This document shows, one piece after another, positions 49,239 to 63,300 of a stretch of 64,000 bases of DNA. Source of the DNA: Neocallimastix sp. 'constans'. Its lineage: Eukaryota. The stretch covers positions 434,001 through 498,000 of the forward strand of contig JBODTK010000113.1 in assembly GCA_050613775.1 (NCBI GenBank). The letters run 5' to 3'. The notes under the pieces were generated by a model. The model was not told where the DNA came from and ran no database searches. It saw nothing but the letters and a program-made list of their open reading frames with translations. The translations under genes were made by a program, and so were the position numbers. Within the stretch, counting starts at the first letter, position 1, and each line of letters starts with the position of its first letter.

Positions 49239-51539
49239 TTAAAGCCAGATTTCAGCACAGACGGCATTCATTTTATTACAAGTTTCCTCAAGTTCATCAG
49301 AAGATGGTTGATTCCAACATTCTTTAGCTATTGCATAGCATTCATTGGATTTATTGGTTTTACAAGTCCAATTATTAGAGTCACAAGAAGTCCAATTTTG
49401 TTTGAAGAAGCTCTCGTATTTATTAGCATTTTCTGATTCTTTCCTATAAATAAAAATAATAAAAAAATAGAAATAATGAAGAAAAAAATTTTAAATTAAT
49501 ATATATAATACATTTTTTTTTTTTTTTTGAAACATACTTATCGGAAGACCAAATGAATGAGCAAATATTATTCATTTCATTACAAAGAGAACTATTTACT
49601 GGTGATGGGACTTCTTTCCAACAAGAATGTACACTTACATAACATTTTTCAGATTGGATACGTTTACAGAAGTATTCCTTATTTCCACAGGTATACCAAT
49701 TAGTAACAAAGAAATCTTTATATAAATGACGGTATAAATCATCTTTTGTGGAAGCAGTGTTTTCACTGTTTTCAGAATTTTCCACTTTATCTTGATTATT
49801 GGTTTTATTTGTAGTATCTGAAGAGGAATTATTCCATTTTAATGGTGGATATAATTTCACAGTTTTTTCTTCAGCACCAACTTTAACCCAAACTGTTAAT
49901 GGATCATTACCAAGTTTTTCATAAGTATATTCTGGATCTCTGACAACATTCATTGGAACGGTTAATGGAAGAACACATTCTTGAGAACTTGGGTTAGAAA
50001 TAATGATTTCGGTAGCAAAACCATTAGTAACAATAATCTTATAATTGGCATTACATTGTTTAATCCTTAAACGATCAATAGTTAATTGATTTAATTTCTC
50101 TAATTTCATGGAAACCAAAGGCCAATTAGCATATTTATTATATAAGTTTACCACAGCCTCTACCCAATGTTGTAATAAACTCTTATGATTGTTTGTGTCA
50201 TCACTTCTAAGGTTAGCTTGATGGAATTGATGAGCATCATGTCTTAAAAGCATAATCAATCTTAAGACACGATTACTTTCACGTTCTAAAATTTGTTCCC
50301 AAGTGGATTCACTACCAAAATTAGTATAATATATGTAATTATAGATATAAGTTTCTTCTTCAGGAGTACTGGCATAGTAATAAATTTCAGAAGGTGAACG
50401 AGTAATAATTGGGAATCCATCAACATGACTAGTTTTTTGAGTAGTAATGAAAGGAAGATAAATATTATCAAAATTGGTAATATCAGCTCGAGAAATATCA
50501 CCTGAAGCTGAATTAATTCCAAAATATTTGAAGATTTCTATAGCATCTCCATTATGTAAACCAGAAATTTCTGGTGTAATAATAGAACTTTGTGACCACC
50601 ATTCTTCACCTACAAGATCCAATTTCTTAGCCATTTCAATATTCACCCGAATTTCATTTTCTACATCCGTTCTAGAAGCATTATCCAAGTTTTCATGAGT
50701 GAAAGTATTAGAACACCAAAAGAATTTGGAACGATTTTCCTTTACCTTAAAGAATTTATATAATTCATCTTTAGCGAGATAGTCTTCAGACCATTTAGGT
50801 TGATAATGTTCCTCTGGCCAATTTTTTACGCCTTTTCCCATAGGTTTAATATAATCTATTTCTACGTAACGATTATCATCTACTTGAATTTGATCCTTTT
50901 TAGGTAATAAACCATTACCATTGAAAGCTAAATCGATACTAAATATGGAACCCTCTGGCATTTTTTTAACAATTTCATCTTTAAATTTAATATAATCTTC
51001 AAAATCAGATTTTGAGAGACTGAAGGCTTCGTCAGTAAGATTAATAGTATTACCGGAGTCATATTTATTAGCAGTAGAAACTAAATTAGTAGGAATGAAA
51101 ACATTATCAACTTGAGGACAAAAAGTAATTCTACGAATACCATTATAAAGGGTACGAGTACCCCATTGAATCCATAAATGATTTAAAACTACAGTATCGA
51201 GGGACCAAGAAGAGGTTGGAAGATAGAAATTTAATCTTTCACGACCATCTTCTAACTTAGCATAGACTGCACCAACAGTTCTATCCTTAATTTCGTCACA
51301 AGGTTCAAAGTAAAAGATAGGAGTAGCTATATTTGTATCAGTAATTACTACCGGGGTATGATAGAAATTATTACTAAATTGAATAAAATAATAATATTAA
51401 ATATTAATTTAATGTATTTATTTAACGTTTTATTAATTATAAAGGATAATTAATAATTATAGAAAAAGAAATTTAAAAAAAAATAGATATTAATAATACT
51501 TATAAAAAAATAATATTATCAAAAAAGAAATATCATATT

Positions 51540-51586
<47 letters not shown>

Positions 51587-52116
51587 TACTTTGTAGCAAT
51601 TGGAGCATCCTTTTTAATACCAGCTTTATCATAAATTTCATTAGCGATGTCATTATCAGCACCCACTATTTTTTGAATATAAGTATTACCCCAATTAGTG
51701 GCATCATAGATAGAAGTACCAGTAATGGTTTCTGGAGAATCAGAAAAAGTTACACGACGAATATTATAAGTTTGTTCATAGGTATCTAAGCAAGACCACT
51801 GTTCATCTGTAAGTGATGAAGAACGATTACCATCCTTAGTAACTGATAATAAATGACCAGAAGTAATAATAATTAAATAATATTTTGGATTACTTTGTTC
51901 GTCATAGAGTGGTAAGTTTCCTGATAAAACATTATTAGTATTATCAATTAAAATATGATCATATTCAATACTGTAGGATTCCAAACCAGAAACGGTATTT
52001 TGGAAAGTTTCATCGTTTTGAGAATGTAAAATTAATACCTTTAAACCTATGGTATATGAGTATATATATGTAATGCAAAAGCATATCAATAGTAATGTTG
52101 AAAATAATATATTCAT
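49239..52116 (-). CDS. Secreted Agd3-like (CE18) polysaccharide deacetylase homolog with two C-terminal 6-Cys repeats; exons 52116-51590, 51373-49538, 49443-49239
   Basis: Signal peptide; NHLWIQWGTRTLYNGIRRITFCPQVDNVF, LAFNGNG, WCSNTFTHENLDNA, ITPEISGLHNGDAI, LLRHDAHQFHQANLR resemble Agd3 family motifs. Splice phases are consistent; stop TAA at 49241-49239. Confidence 0.85.
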
Positions 52117-53319
52117 ATTCTTATTTCTTTTTTTTTTATCTATTAATGTTATTTATAATATATATTATTTATTCTCTATTTTTTTTTTTTTTTTATTTTT
52201 ATTATTATTATTTTATTTTATGTTTTTTTTTTTAAAAAAAAAAAATAAAATATAATTTTTATTTTTTTTACTAGTATTATTTTTTTATTATTATTAATAT
52301 TTTATTATCATTATTATTATTTATATTATTATTACTATTATTATTATTATATTAAAATTTTATATCTTTTATATAATATATAATATATTTTATGGAATTT
52401 GTCTTACTTTTATATATTTTTTATAAATCATATTAAATAAGATTTTTGAATATATTATTTAAATATATATATATTTAAATAGAAAAAGTAAAATTAAATT
52501 AATGATAATTTCTTTAATATGTTAAAAAGTATAAAAAAAAATAGTAATAATAATTATATACAAATAAAATAATTATAATAATAATTATAAATTTAATAAA
52601 AAGGAAAAATACATTTATTAGAATTAATAATTTTTTACCAATTCTAATTAATAATAAAAGTAGAGCAAAAGGGAAGACGTAAAAAGACAAACTTTATCTA
52701 TAATAAATAATAATAAATAATAATATTTTAATATTTTAATAACGTTTATTAAAAAGAAAAAAAAAAAAAAAAAAAAAAAAAAAGTTAAAGGTTTAATAAG
52801 ATAATTATAAATTATTTCAAGTTAATACTAATTACTGTCATTATTATTATATTATTTTAATTAAAATGTATATATAATAATATATAAATATAAATATATA
52901 AAAAGATAATAAGCAATTTCTTAATTATATATACATATATATATATATATATTTTATTTTTGTTTATTTCTTATTCATTAAAAAAATCAAATATTAGTAA
53001 TATAAATTACATTTAAAAAGGGAAAAATAATAATAATAAACATTTATTTATTATTTAAAAATTTATTAATAATTATTTTTATTTTAATTATTTATGAATA
53101 TTAATAAAATAATAAAATATAATAAACATTTATTCATATATATAATTTATATTATAATTATTATATAATGAATTGACTTATTGATTTTAATAAAATAATT
53201 TAATTATTTTTGTCATTAAACCTATTTGTAAAAAAAAAAAAAAAAATTAAAATAATAAATACATCTTATATCAGTATTTCCAAAGAAGAAGCAAATACGG
53301 TTTAAAATAAGTTTAATTT

Positions 53320-53595
53320 ATTATTTTATTTTATTCAATCTGTGCTTTATATTCATATTTCAACTATTTATTTTATTTTATTTTATTCAATCTGTACTTT
53401 ATATTCATATTCTACTATTTATTTTATTTTATTTTATTCAATCTGTACTTTATATTAATATTCTACTATTTATTATATTTTATTTTATTCAATCTGTACT
53501 TTATATTAATATTCTACTATTTATTATATTTTATTTTATTCAATCTGTACTTTATATTAATATTCTACTATTTATTATATTTTATTTTATTAATA
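53320..53595 (-). repeat. ~5 copies of the same ~52-bp minisatellite found inside the MULE
   Basis: Repeats of TTTATTCAATCTGTACTTTATATT(C/A)ATATTCTACTATTTATT. Confidence 0.85.
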
Positions 53596-53869
53596 CTTTA
53601 CACTTTTTTATTACATAACTATTAATTTTATTTTATTTTATTTATGCATTTATTTATTTAAGCATTTTAGATCTATTTACTGAATTTTCTTTTTTTTTTT
53701 TTTAGACTGAAAACTTCCAAAAAATGAAGATTTTTTATTAAAAAAAACAATAAAATAAAAAAATAAAAAAGTAAAATAAAATAAAAGAATAAATTATTCA
53801 ATTAAATATCAAAATAAATTGATGTTGTATCCCAATAATTTAAGATTTCTATCCATAAATACTTAATAC

Positions 53870-54003
<134 letters not shown>

Positions 54004-54828
54004 GTAATAATAACCTTCTTAATATATATATATACATATAATAAATTTATAAAAAAAAAATAAATAATGTATATCATATTTTATTTTAATTATTTGTAGT
54101 TATTAAAAATAATATGGATTTTAAATTAAAAAAGTTTCCCAATCTTAATATAAAATTATTTTTTAAACTTTATAATTTTAATAAGGATAATGCATCTTTT
54201 AATATTTAATTACTACTGGTTTTAACAATTAAAAAAGTTTTAATATATTCAGTTTTTCAAGCAAACGGAAATAAATAAATAAAAACATAAATAAATAAAT
54301 ACATAAATAAATAAATACATGAATAAATACATAAATAAATAAATAGAACATAATTAAGAAATTAATACTAATTAATATATATATTTACTAATTATAATAA
54401 TAAATACATTTTATTCATCATCTTCAATTAAAAATAATTTAACAATTAAATACAAATTAATTTTAATTAGCATTAGTTATAAATATTATTAATTATTATT
54501 AATATTATCATTAATTATTATTATATATACTAGCTTTTATTAATAGTTATTATTATAAACATTAGTTAATGATATTATTTTATTATTGATAAATAATGAT
54601 TATTATAATCTATCATTAATTATATAATTTATTATATAACTTTTTTTTTTTTTTTTTTACATATACTTTATTTATCCCATTATTTCTACTGTTTGTATTA
54701 TTCTTTTTTTTCTATATATATTTTATCTTATTAATTATATTGTCATACATATAATAAAGAAAAGAAAAATAGTTAATTATTTTACTTTTTTATATAGTAT
54801 AATTTTAAAATTTTTAAAATTAAATAAA

Positions 54829-57800
54829 ATGAAGCTTTTGAAAGTTTCCTTATTATTATTTGGAGTAAGTAGGTGTCGAGCCGCAAGTAGAGTAGATCAA
54901 ATTCAAGGTCGAATTGGATTAAGAGCATTAGTTTTATCAACAGAGAAACCTGATAGTATTTTAACATCATTAGCTTCCTACGGAATTGCCTATGATAACT
55001 TAATATATAATTGTGATAACATATTGGAAGGTGATTTATATCTTTTTGACGAGAACACCGGTTATCCTAAGTATAATATGATTGTAATAGCGAATGGAAG
55101 AATGAAATGCAATTGTAATGGTATAATAAAGAGTGTATTTAATAAGGAACATTGGAATACATTAAATGATTATGAAGTAAAGTATAATATTAGAAGTGTA
55201 GTGATTAATGAAGATAATGATATAGAAGAAATTGGAATTAAACCTTTTGAATTTAATGATAGAGAAAAGAATACTATAACATTAAAATCAGCAAATAATT
55301 CATTCACACATTCACTTTTTGATACAGCTGGAATATATGATGATGCACCATTAGATAGTTTTGGGTAAAGAAATATTATAATAAAATAAATATTTTTTAT
55401 TCTATTACTTATATTATAATATATATATATTTTTTATTTCCTATTTAATATAATAAATACTAGAAAAACTTTTTCTTATTATTTTTTTCTCCTTTTTTTA
55501 TATATATCTATATTATATATTTTGAATGGGGAAACAATTTATAAATAATATTAATTGTATATATATTTCTTATATTATTATTATTTTTTTTATAAATATA
55601 TATATAATTCATTTTTTTTTCATTTGAATATATCTGTATAATATATAAAAACATTATATATATATATATTTATTTATTTCCTTCAATAGCATTGAATATA
55701 ATTTAGCAAAAATTGTGGATGAAAAGATATCAACACCAATTTTATATTATGATATTAAAAATGAAATATCTTATGAAAAACCAGTAGCAGCTGTTTATTC
55801 AAAATTAAAAGATGGTAATGAAAGATTAACATTCTTTGTATCTAGTAATAAAAGTATGTAAAAATAAACAACCTTAACATTATTTTGTTTATCACAAATA
55901 AATTAAAAAATAATATTAATTTTAAAACTATATACATGTATTTATAACAAAAAAAATAAAAAATGAACATCAATAATTATCTATAAATAATAAATGACAA
56001 TAAATAAAAAAAATAATAATTATAATAATAATTATTAATAATACAAATAATAAATTCCTATAATAATTATAAATCCAATTATACAATTAATTATAATAAT
56101 AACATTAATAATAATTAAAAAGGAACGATAACTAGTATAATTATTAATCATCTTTGGATTCCATGGGTATCAAAGAATTTATATATTGGATTTAGAAGAG
56201 TTTATCTTACTCAACATATCGATGATGTATTTAGTTCTGAAGACTTGATTTTAACTTCAGAAAAAACCATTAAAGTATGTAATATATTTATATAATAATC
56301 AATATTATTTGTAATATATTAATATTTTTCAAAAAACGAAAAAAAATTTATATGACAAAAATGACATTAAAATTAAGTATATATATCTTTTACTTAATAT
56401 AATATATATTTAATATTTAATATTTATTTGGTATTAATTAATATTTCCAATAATAAACAAATAAAAATAAAAATAAAAATAAAATATTGTTAAAGGAAAC
56501 TTATAGAAATACAATAGAAGATTTTAATAATATTATTGAATTTCAAAATAACATTTCCTACAAAATGCCAGTAGGTTCAAGTTACCGTTTGGAACTTGCT
56601 TTCAATGGTTTTGGTTTAATAGAAAATACGATGTAAGTCTTTTTTCTTTAATATATATATATATGTATATATAATTATATAACATTTTTTCATATTTAAA
56701 TATTAAATGTATATTTCATATATTTCTAATTATATTTTTATTTCATTTATTTTTATTTTTTATTAACTTTTTTTTTATTTTATTTTTATTTAATTTTTTT
56801 TTTTTTTTTTTATTTTTATTTTTATTTTATTTTTATTTATTTCTATTATTTATTTTGTTTTTATTTTTATTATTATTTTTTTATTTTCTTATTTGTTTTA
56901 TTTTTTTAAAGGTATAAATTTGAATTAATAGAAGATCCTGAAGTTTCCAATACTTATATTAAGCCTAAAGGCTCTGGAGTTTTCAGATGGCCACATTTTC
57001 CTTATGATACCGATTGGTCAGAATCGGAAATCTCAAAAAATAAGTTATATGAATTCATTAAAAATAAAGAGATAAATAAAAACTTTTATTGGTGTTCTCA
57101 TGGATTCACTCATCAAAGCTTAAATTTGGCTACAAGTGAAGATGTTATAAATCAAATTAATACAAATATTAAAATGGCTGTTCGACTAAGTATCTATGAT
57201 AATAATTTTTCAAAGAGAACCATTATCACTCCTGGTAGCTCCGGTTTACATAATGTAGATGCTATTGAAGCTTTCTTCAACAGAAGTATTATTAGTGCCT
57301 CCGGTAATATTAATCGGCCAGATATTACTAAAGATGAATTTTATGAAAAAAATGCTTATTTACCGTGGCGAACTACTGAAGAATCTAGTAATATTGCTAA
57401 TTTCTCTGTTATTCCTCGTATTCCAACAATGATTTTTAGTGAATGCTCTACTCCACTTGAAAATACTGTTAAATACAATAGAATTTTTGAAGGTACCGGA
57501 ATTGGAACCTCTTTTGATGAAATTTTAAACAGAGATAGTCAAATGGCCTTACTTTATCTTCTTCAATTACGTCATAATCCATTTCAATTTCACCAATCGA
57601 ATCTACGTAGTGCAGATCTCCCAAGTAAAAAAAGTTTAATAGAATTATGGACGGAAAAACTTATAGATACATATAACAAATATGTAAAATGGCCTATTAT
57701 CTCTCTTAAAGTTGATGATATTCATAATACCTTCCTTGAACGTGAAAAGTATGAAAAATGTAATCTGGAACAAAAATTAATTCATAATAATACCCATATT

Positions 57801-58430
57801 ATAGCCATCACTTTAAAAGCATACAAGTCTTGCAAAGTCCCCATTTCCTTACCTTATGGTATTAGTATTAATGAGGATGATCTTTATACCTATAAAAATA
57901 TACTCTCAATTGAACAAGTTAGTGAAATCGATCCAATTACTATTTGGGTAGATATGAAAAATAATTCGGTAGAATTAAATTTCAGTCCAGCCATTTACTG
58001 GGGACAATTCAAAGTTAACTCCGTAATTAATATACTTGACCCGAACGGATATTACTTTAAAAAAAATACATCAACAAAAAGGTCTCAAACAAAATCTAGT
58101 AATAATTTAGAAATAAAAACAACACCTTCAATATTAGTATTAAAATCAAAAAATGAATCCAATATGAATAAATTTGTTAATTCATCTCATAATATTATAA
58201 CTAACATTATTACCAATGTTTTAAAGTTTAATTCTATTTCTAATAAAATGATCAGTAAATATTATTATACTACTGAGCAATTAACAAATCCAAAGGCCTT
58301 CAAGGAATTAGATAAAAGCCGCTTATATGTTGAAAGAATAAAAGATCTTTATGAAACTCAAAAAAAAGAAAAATATATCACTAATAATTTAAAACATCAA
58401 AAAATTAAATATTTAAAATCCAGTAAATAA
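54829..58430 (+). CDS. Secreted Agd3-like (CE18) polysaccharide deacetylase with intact metal-binding motifs; exons 54829-55364, 55690-55853, 56123-56274, 56496-56632, 56912-58430
   Basis: The spliced frame is continuous: NHLWIPWVSKNLYIGFRRVYLTQHIDDVF, ELAFNGFG, WCSHGFTHQSLN, ITPGSSGLHNVDAI, IPRIP, LRHNPFQFHQSNLR; N-terminal signal-like sequence. Confidence 0.85.
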
Positions 58431-58746
58431 TAAATACATATATTTATATATAAACATGAAAAATAAAAAATTATAATTATTAATAATTACGACATTAGTA
58501 GTAATAATAATATAATAATTTAATGAAAAACTAATTTAATTTTTTATATTATCTATTTATATATGCATAGAATAATATATATTAAAAATGTATAGAAAAT
58601 ATTATATTTATTTTATTTTTATTTAAACTATTAATTGTATATTAAAAAATTAAAATTAAAATTAAAATTAAAAAATAATAATAATAATAATAATGATATA
58701 TTGGAAATGAAATATTAAGAGCAATATTATTAGAATTATTTATAAT

Positions 58747-58788
<42 letters not shown>

Positions 58789-59071
58789 CCAAAGAAAGAT
58801 TACAATTTAAATTTTAGAAAGAAATCATGTTCTTAAAAAAGAAAAAAAATTTTTTTTAGTGTCAAATCTTATCCATATAAAGAAAATTTATATCATATTT
58901 TTATTGAATTTGTCTTATTGATTACCTATTGTCAGTTATCCTGCAATCTCTAGTAATATAAAATTATTTAAACTAATTTCTTAAATTTGATAAATTTTTA
59001 TTATTACATATTATTATTGTTGTTGTTGTTATTATTATTATTATTATTAATATTATTATTATTATTATTAA

Positions 59072-59189
<118 letters not shown>

Positions 59190-59992
59190 ATTTTATATAA
59201 TTTCTATTTATTAAAAGTCTTGCTATAGTATTAAATATTAAATTATTGAATATATATTATTTTTTATTTTATTATTCTATTCCTAAATATAATGATAAAA
59301 TATAAATATTATATAATTTTAAATTGTCTAAATTTCTATATCATATATAATAAAATAAATAAATTAAAATTAGCGATGTATAAATTTTAAATAGTATACA
59401 AATATTAATTATTTAGTAAAAAAAAAATAAAAATAAAAGAAATAAATAAAATACTGAAATAAATAATATAATTACTTAAAATAAAAAATAAAATGGTAGT
59501 ATTTATTAATAAGATTATATAAATAAATTTATTTACATAAAATTCTATTGAACATAAACGAATTATAATATTTTACTTTTTTTCTTTTACTTTATATATA
59601 ATATTATATTAATAATAATTATAATAAATATAATTTTTTAATTAAAAAAATATTTAAATTTTTATTTTATTATATTAATTTATTATAATCATTATATTTA
59701 ATTATTTTAAATCTATTATTTTTATTTTTTATTTTAATTTTTTATTTATTAATTTTTTACAGTACTATAAATAAAAGTTTATTAATATTAAACCTCCTTA
59801 AGTGATAAGCCTTTATTATTTTAATTTTTTATAAAAAAATTATTACAAAGTGACCATCTTAAACAATAAACTATTAATATTTTAATTTCAGGTTTTCCTC
59901 ACAAGAGGTTTTTACGGAATATGGTGGTTTGGGTTATTGGTAAGTATTTCCCCCTTATATATATATTATTTTCAATTTCTTAAGTAATATAG

Positions 59993-60307
59993 ACAAGTTA
60001 CTATCCTAACTATGGATACACTTGCCAAGGGAGCTAGTATGTATCACATTAGGTTAGGTTATACTGGCCTCACTTCAAAAGGAAGTTAGGAACTGAGCAA
60101 ACACTTCAAAAAAAAAAAAAAAAAAAAAAAGCATACTCTAAAAGTTTCAGCAATAATATGTATGTTAGAACGTTGATGCTGAATACTCAGTAAGGTCGTC
60201 TAGCAGGGACAATATCCACATATGCGAAAGCATACGGAAGTGTTATGACTACCTCAATATTTCCTCTTGAGGAGGGGGCTAAAAATAAGGTTGATACACA
60301 CAGGAAG
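59993..60307 (+). ncRNA. Candidate structured non-coding RNA of unknown class
   Basis: GC-enriched island with no ORF in the track, many complementary segments and a C-GAAA-G tetraloop hairpin (60221-60234). Strand inferred only from the GNRA loop and upstream splice-like sites. Confidence 0.4.
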
Positions 60308-63300
60308 TAAAAAAAAATTTTTATTTAAAAAAATTTTTTTTATACTATTCATTCATTTATTTATTTATTTATTTATTATTTATTATTTATTATTTATTAT
60401 TCAATTATTTATTATTTAATTAATTAATTATTTATTTATTTATTATTTATTATTCAATTATTTATTTATTTATTTATTATTTATTATTCAATTATTTATT
60501 TATTTATTTATTATTTATTATTCAATTATTTATTTATTTATTTAGTTATTTATTTAATTAGTTAGTTATTTAGTTATTTATTTATTTAATTAGTTGTTTA
60601 GTTATTTAGTTTCCAATATATAGACAAGTCGATGTAGATTATTGTTTATATTTAATATATTTGTGTTACTTTGATAGATTATTAAATGTTTTCTAGTTTA
60701 TTAAATAGATGTTTAATTAAATTAGTACAAAATATATTTAATTGATTTCATATTATATTCAATACTACATATAATTTAATAAAGTATTTTTTAACCATTT
60801 ATGGAAAATTTTTAATTAATTATTACTTGTTGATACTCCGATATATTAAAATTTTTTCTTTATTTATTATTTTTTCCTTAAATTTATTAGTATAATTTTT
60901 TAATTAGATTTTACAGAAAATAAATTATTTTGTTAGATATGTGGATTACATGAAAAATAAGCTTCAAATGTATTGAAACAAATTGTAATATAAATTATTT
61001 ACGAGCCACAATGTAATAGTATAAAAATCATATAATTTAGAATAAGTTTTTTAATATATCATGAATTTAGTATAATAAAAGCAATAAAATGTATAATGTG
61101 TATTATTATATTATATAATAAAGATATTATATAGTATTATAATTTATAAGATTATGTCAATCTTTTTTTTTCTGTATCCTCAATTATATATATTAAATTA
61201 ATTTATTTCCTTTAATTGCTATAAGTAACATATATATATGCTACTTTAACAACAAATTATTAATATAAATATTATATATAATAAATAGCATGTATAAGAT
61301 AGTATAATTATAATAGATAATATATATATATAAAGGCTATTTAATAGGTTAGGTTATATCATTTTTCCAATTCATTTCGAAGTATTTATTATATAAATAA
61401 AAAAAATATTTCAATTCTACATCAACAAAACTGTAAATATAAACATCTAAAAATATAAAAAACATATATTATATATTTTAATAATTAATATTATATATGT
61501 TATATAATTTATTTAAATTATTTGTTAATCAAAGCTATATATATAACAAAATTTTATAATTCTGAATAGTTCTTCTTATCATCATTAAATCATTGAAATA
61601 ATAACATTTTTTCTATTCATATATAGATATAATAATAAACTACTAATTGATATTAATTGTAATTTAATGCGTAATATATATATATATATATTTTAAGCCT
61701 ATATGAATGTATATTCAATTTTATTTAAAAACAATTGATCTAATATCTCTATATTCAAGTAGAGGAGTAGCCTTGTTAATATAGAAATTAGAATAATTCA
61801 TGAATACAAGAAAAAATATATATATAAATTCAAAATAAAAATAATTTTATTAAAGCAATAAATAATTAATCTTAAATATAATTATTCACTATTTAATATA
61901 TAAAAATATAAAAAATATACCTTTACATATTATAATAATACAATATTCATAATATTATAAATATATTATGTACATATTAAAAATATAAATTGTTAAGTGA
62001 AATAAAATAAATATAATAAAGCATTATTTAAATAAAATTTGATATATATTATTGAATAATAAATATTATTTCACTTTTGTTATATTATAAAATAAGCTAT
62101 ATTTATATATATAACTGTAATACATATTATTCGATACTTATAGTGATACAATATTCTTTAATTTTTATTTCTATTTTGTTTCTCAATAAATAATAAATTA
62201 TATATATATATATATATATAATTTTATATACAGTAATAATAATTACAAATAATATAGAACATAAAATAATGAATTACGAATAACGAATAATTAAAATATA
62301 TTTATTGATATGTTATTAAAAAAACAATTATGAATTATTACATTAATTTCACAAGATTTTAATAATTAATAAGGAAATTATTAAATAAAATATATAATTA
62401 CAACAAAAAATACAACTATATATATATAAATTTAAAATATTATAAATATATATATATTAAAAGTTAAGTAAAATCTTAAAATATTATAAGAGTTTATTTA
62501 AATAAATTAATTTATATATTTATGGTATTATGATTGTTTTTTGTTTTCTTTTTATTATTTGTTTAAATATTAAAAAACAAAAATAGAAAAAAAAAATTAA
62601 AATACTAGAGACCATAAATTTTAATATTGATTATAAACTAACCCATAGAATATTTCAAATTAGTCTCCTTATTTTTAAATAAAAAAAAAAAAAAAAAAAA
62701 AAAGGAAAAAAAAATATTTTATAGTTTTTTTTTTTTATTTTTTCTTTTTTTTTTTTGAGTTCTTTTAATACAATAATTTTTAAAATTTAAATAAAACATT
62801 TCAATCATTCCAATTGAAATTAATATAAAATATAAACAATATATACGTATAACAATGTATATAATTATTATATTTATTCTATTATAAATATATATATTAT
62901 TTATTTTTATACTATTACATATATAATAATATATATTGTTTATATTCTATTTTATACAAATAATGTGTATGTATATTATATATATTCATATGTTTTATGT
63001 TTTTTAAATAACTCAAATATAATATTACATAAATATATAGAAATTTAAATGAATAATAATTGGCAGTCCTATTATGAAAAGTTTATTATTTATACATTAA
63101 TATATTAACTATTAAAAAATATATATATTTTCATAATATATAATAATTTAACTCTATTATTTTTATTTATCTTTATCTTTATTATATTTTTTAATTTTAT
63201 TTATTTTTTTTTTTTTAATCATTATTTATATTTTTTTTAATTCAAATATTCATTTATACTTTTTTTAATTTTAATTTTAATTTTAATTTTAACCATTTTT

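Noticed and set aside
49239..49730. Fungal dockerin (CBM10-like) call for the Cys-rich repeats
   Set aside because: They lack the YxCC and WGxENxxWC dockerin signature.
59880..59947. U1 snRNA on the minus strand (ATACTTACC)
   Set aside because: No U1 stem-loop I/II loop sequences follow; more simply a 5' splice site GGTAAGTAT on the + strand.
59993..60307. Specific assignment as RNase MRP/P, group I intron, hammerhead, TPP riboswitch or telomerase RNA
   Set aside because: GGGGGCTA resembles the MRP P4 3' strand but no AAAGTCCCC-like partner is present. There is no CUGAnGA core, GACTA lacks a TAGTC partner, and no CTAACCCTA template is present (only TTAGGTTAGGTTA, and AGGTTAGGTTATA recurs at ~61345). 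Left unassigned.
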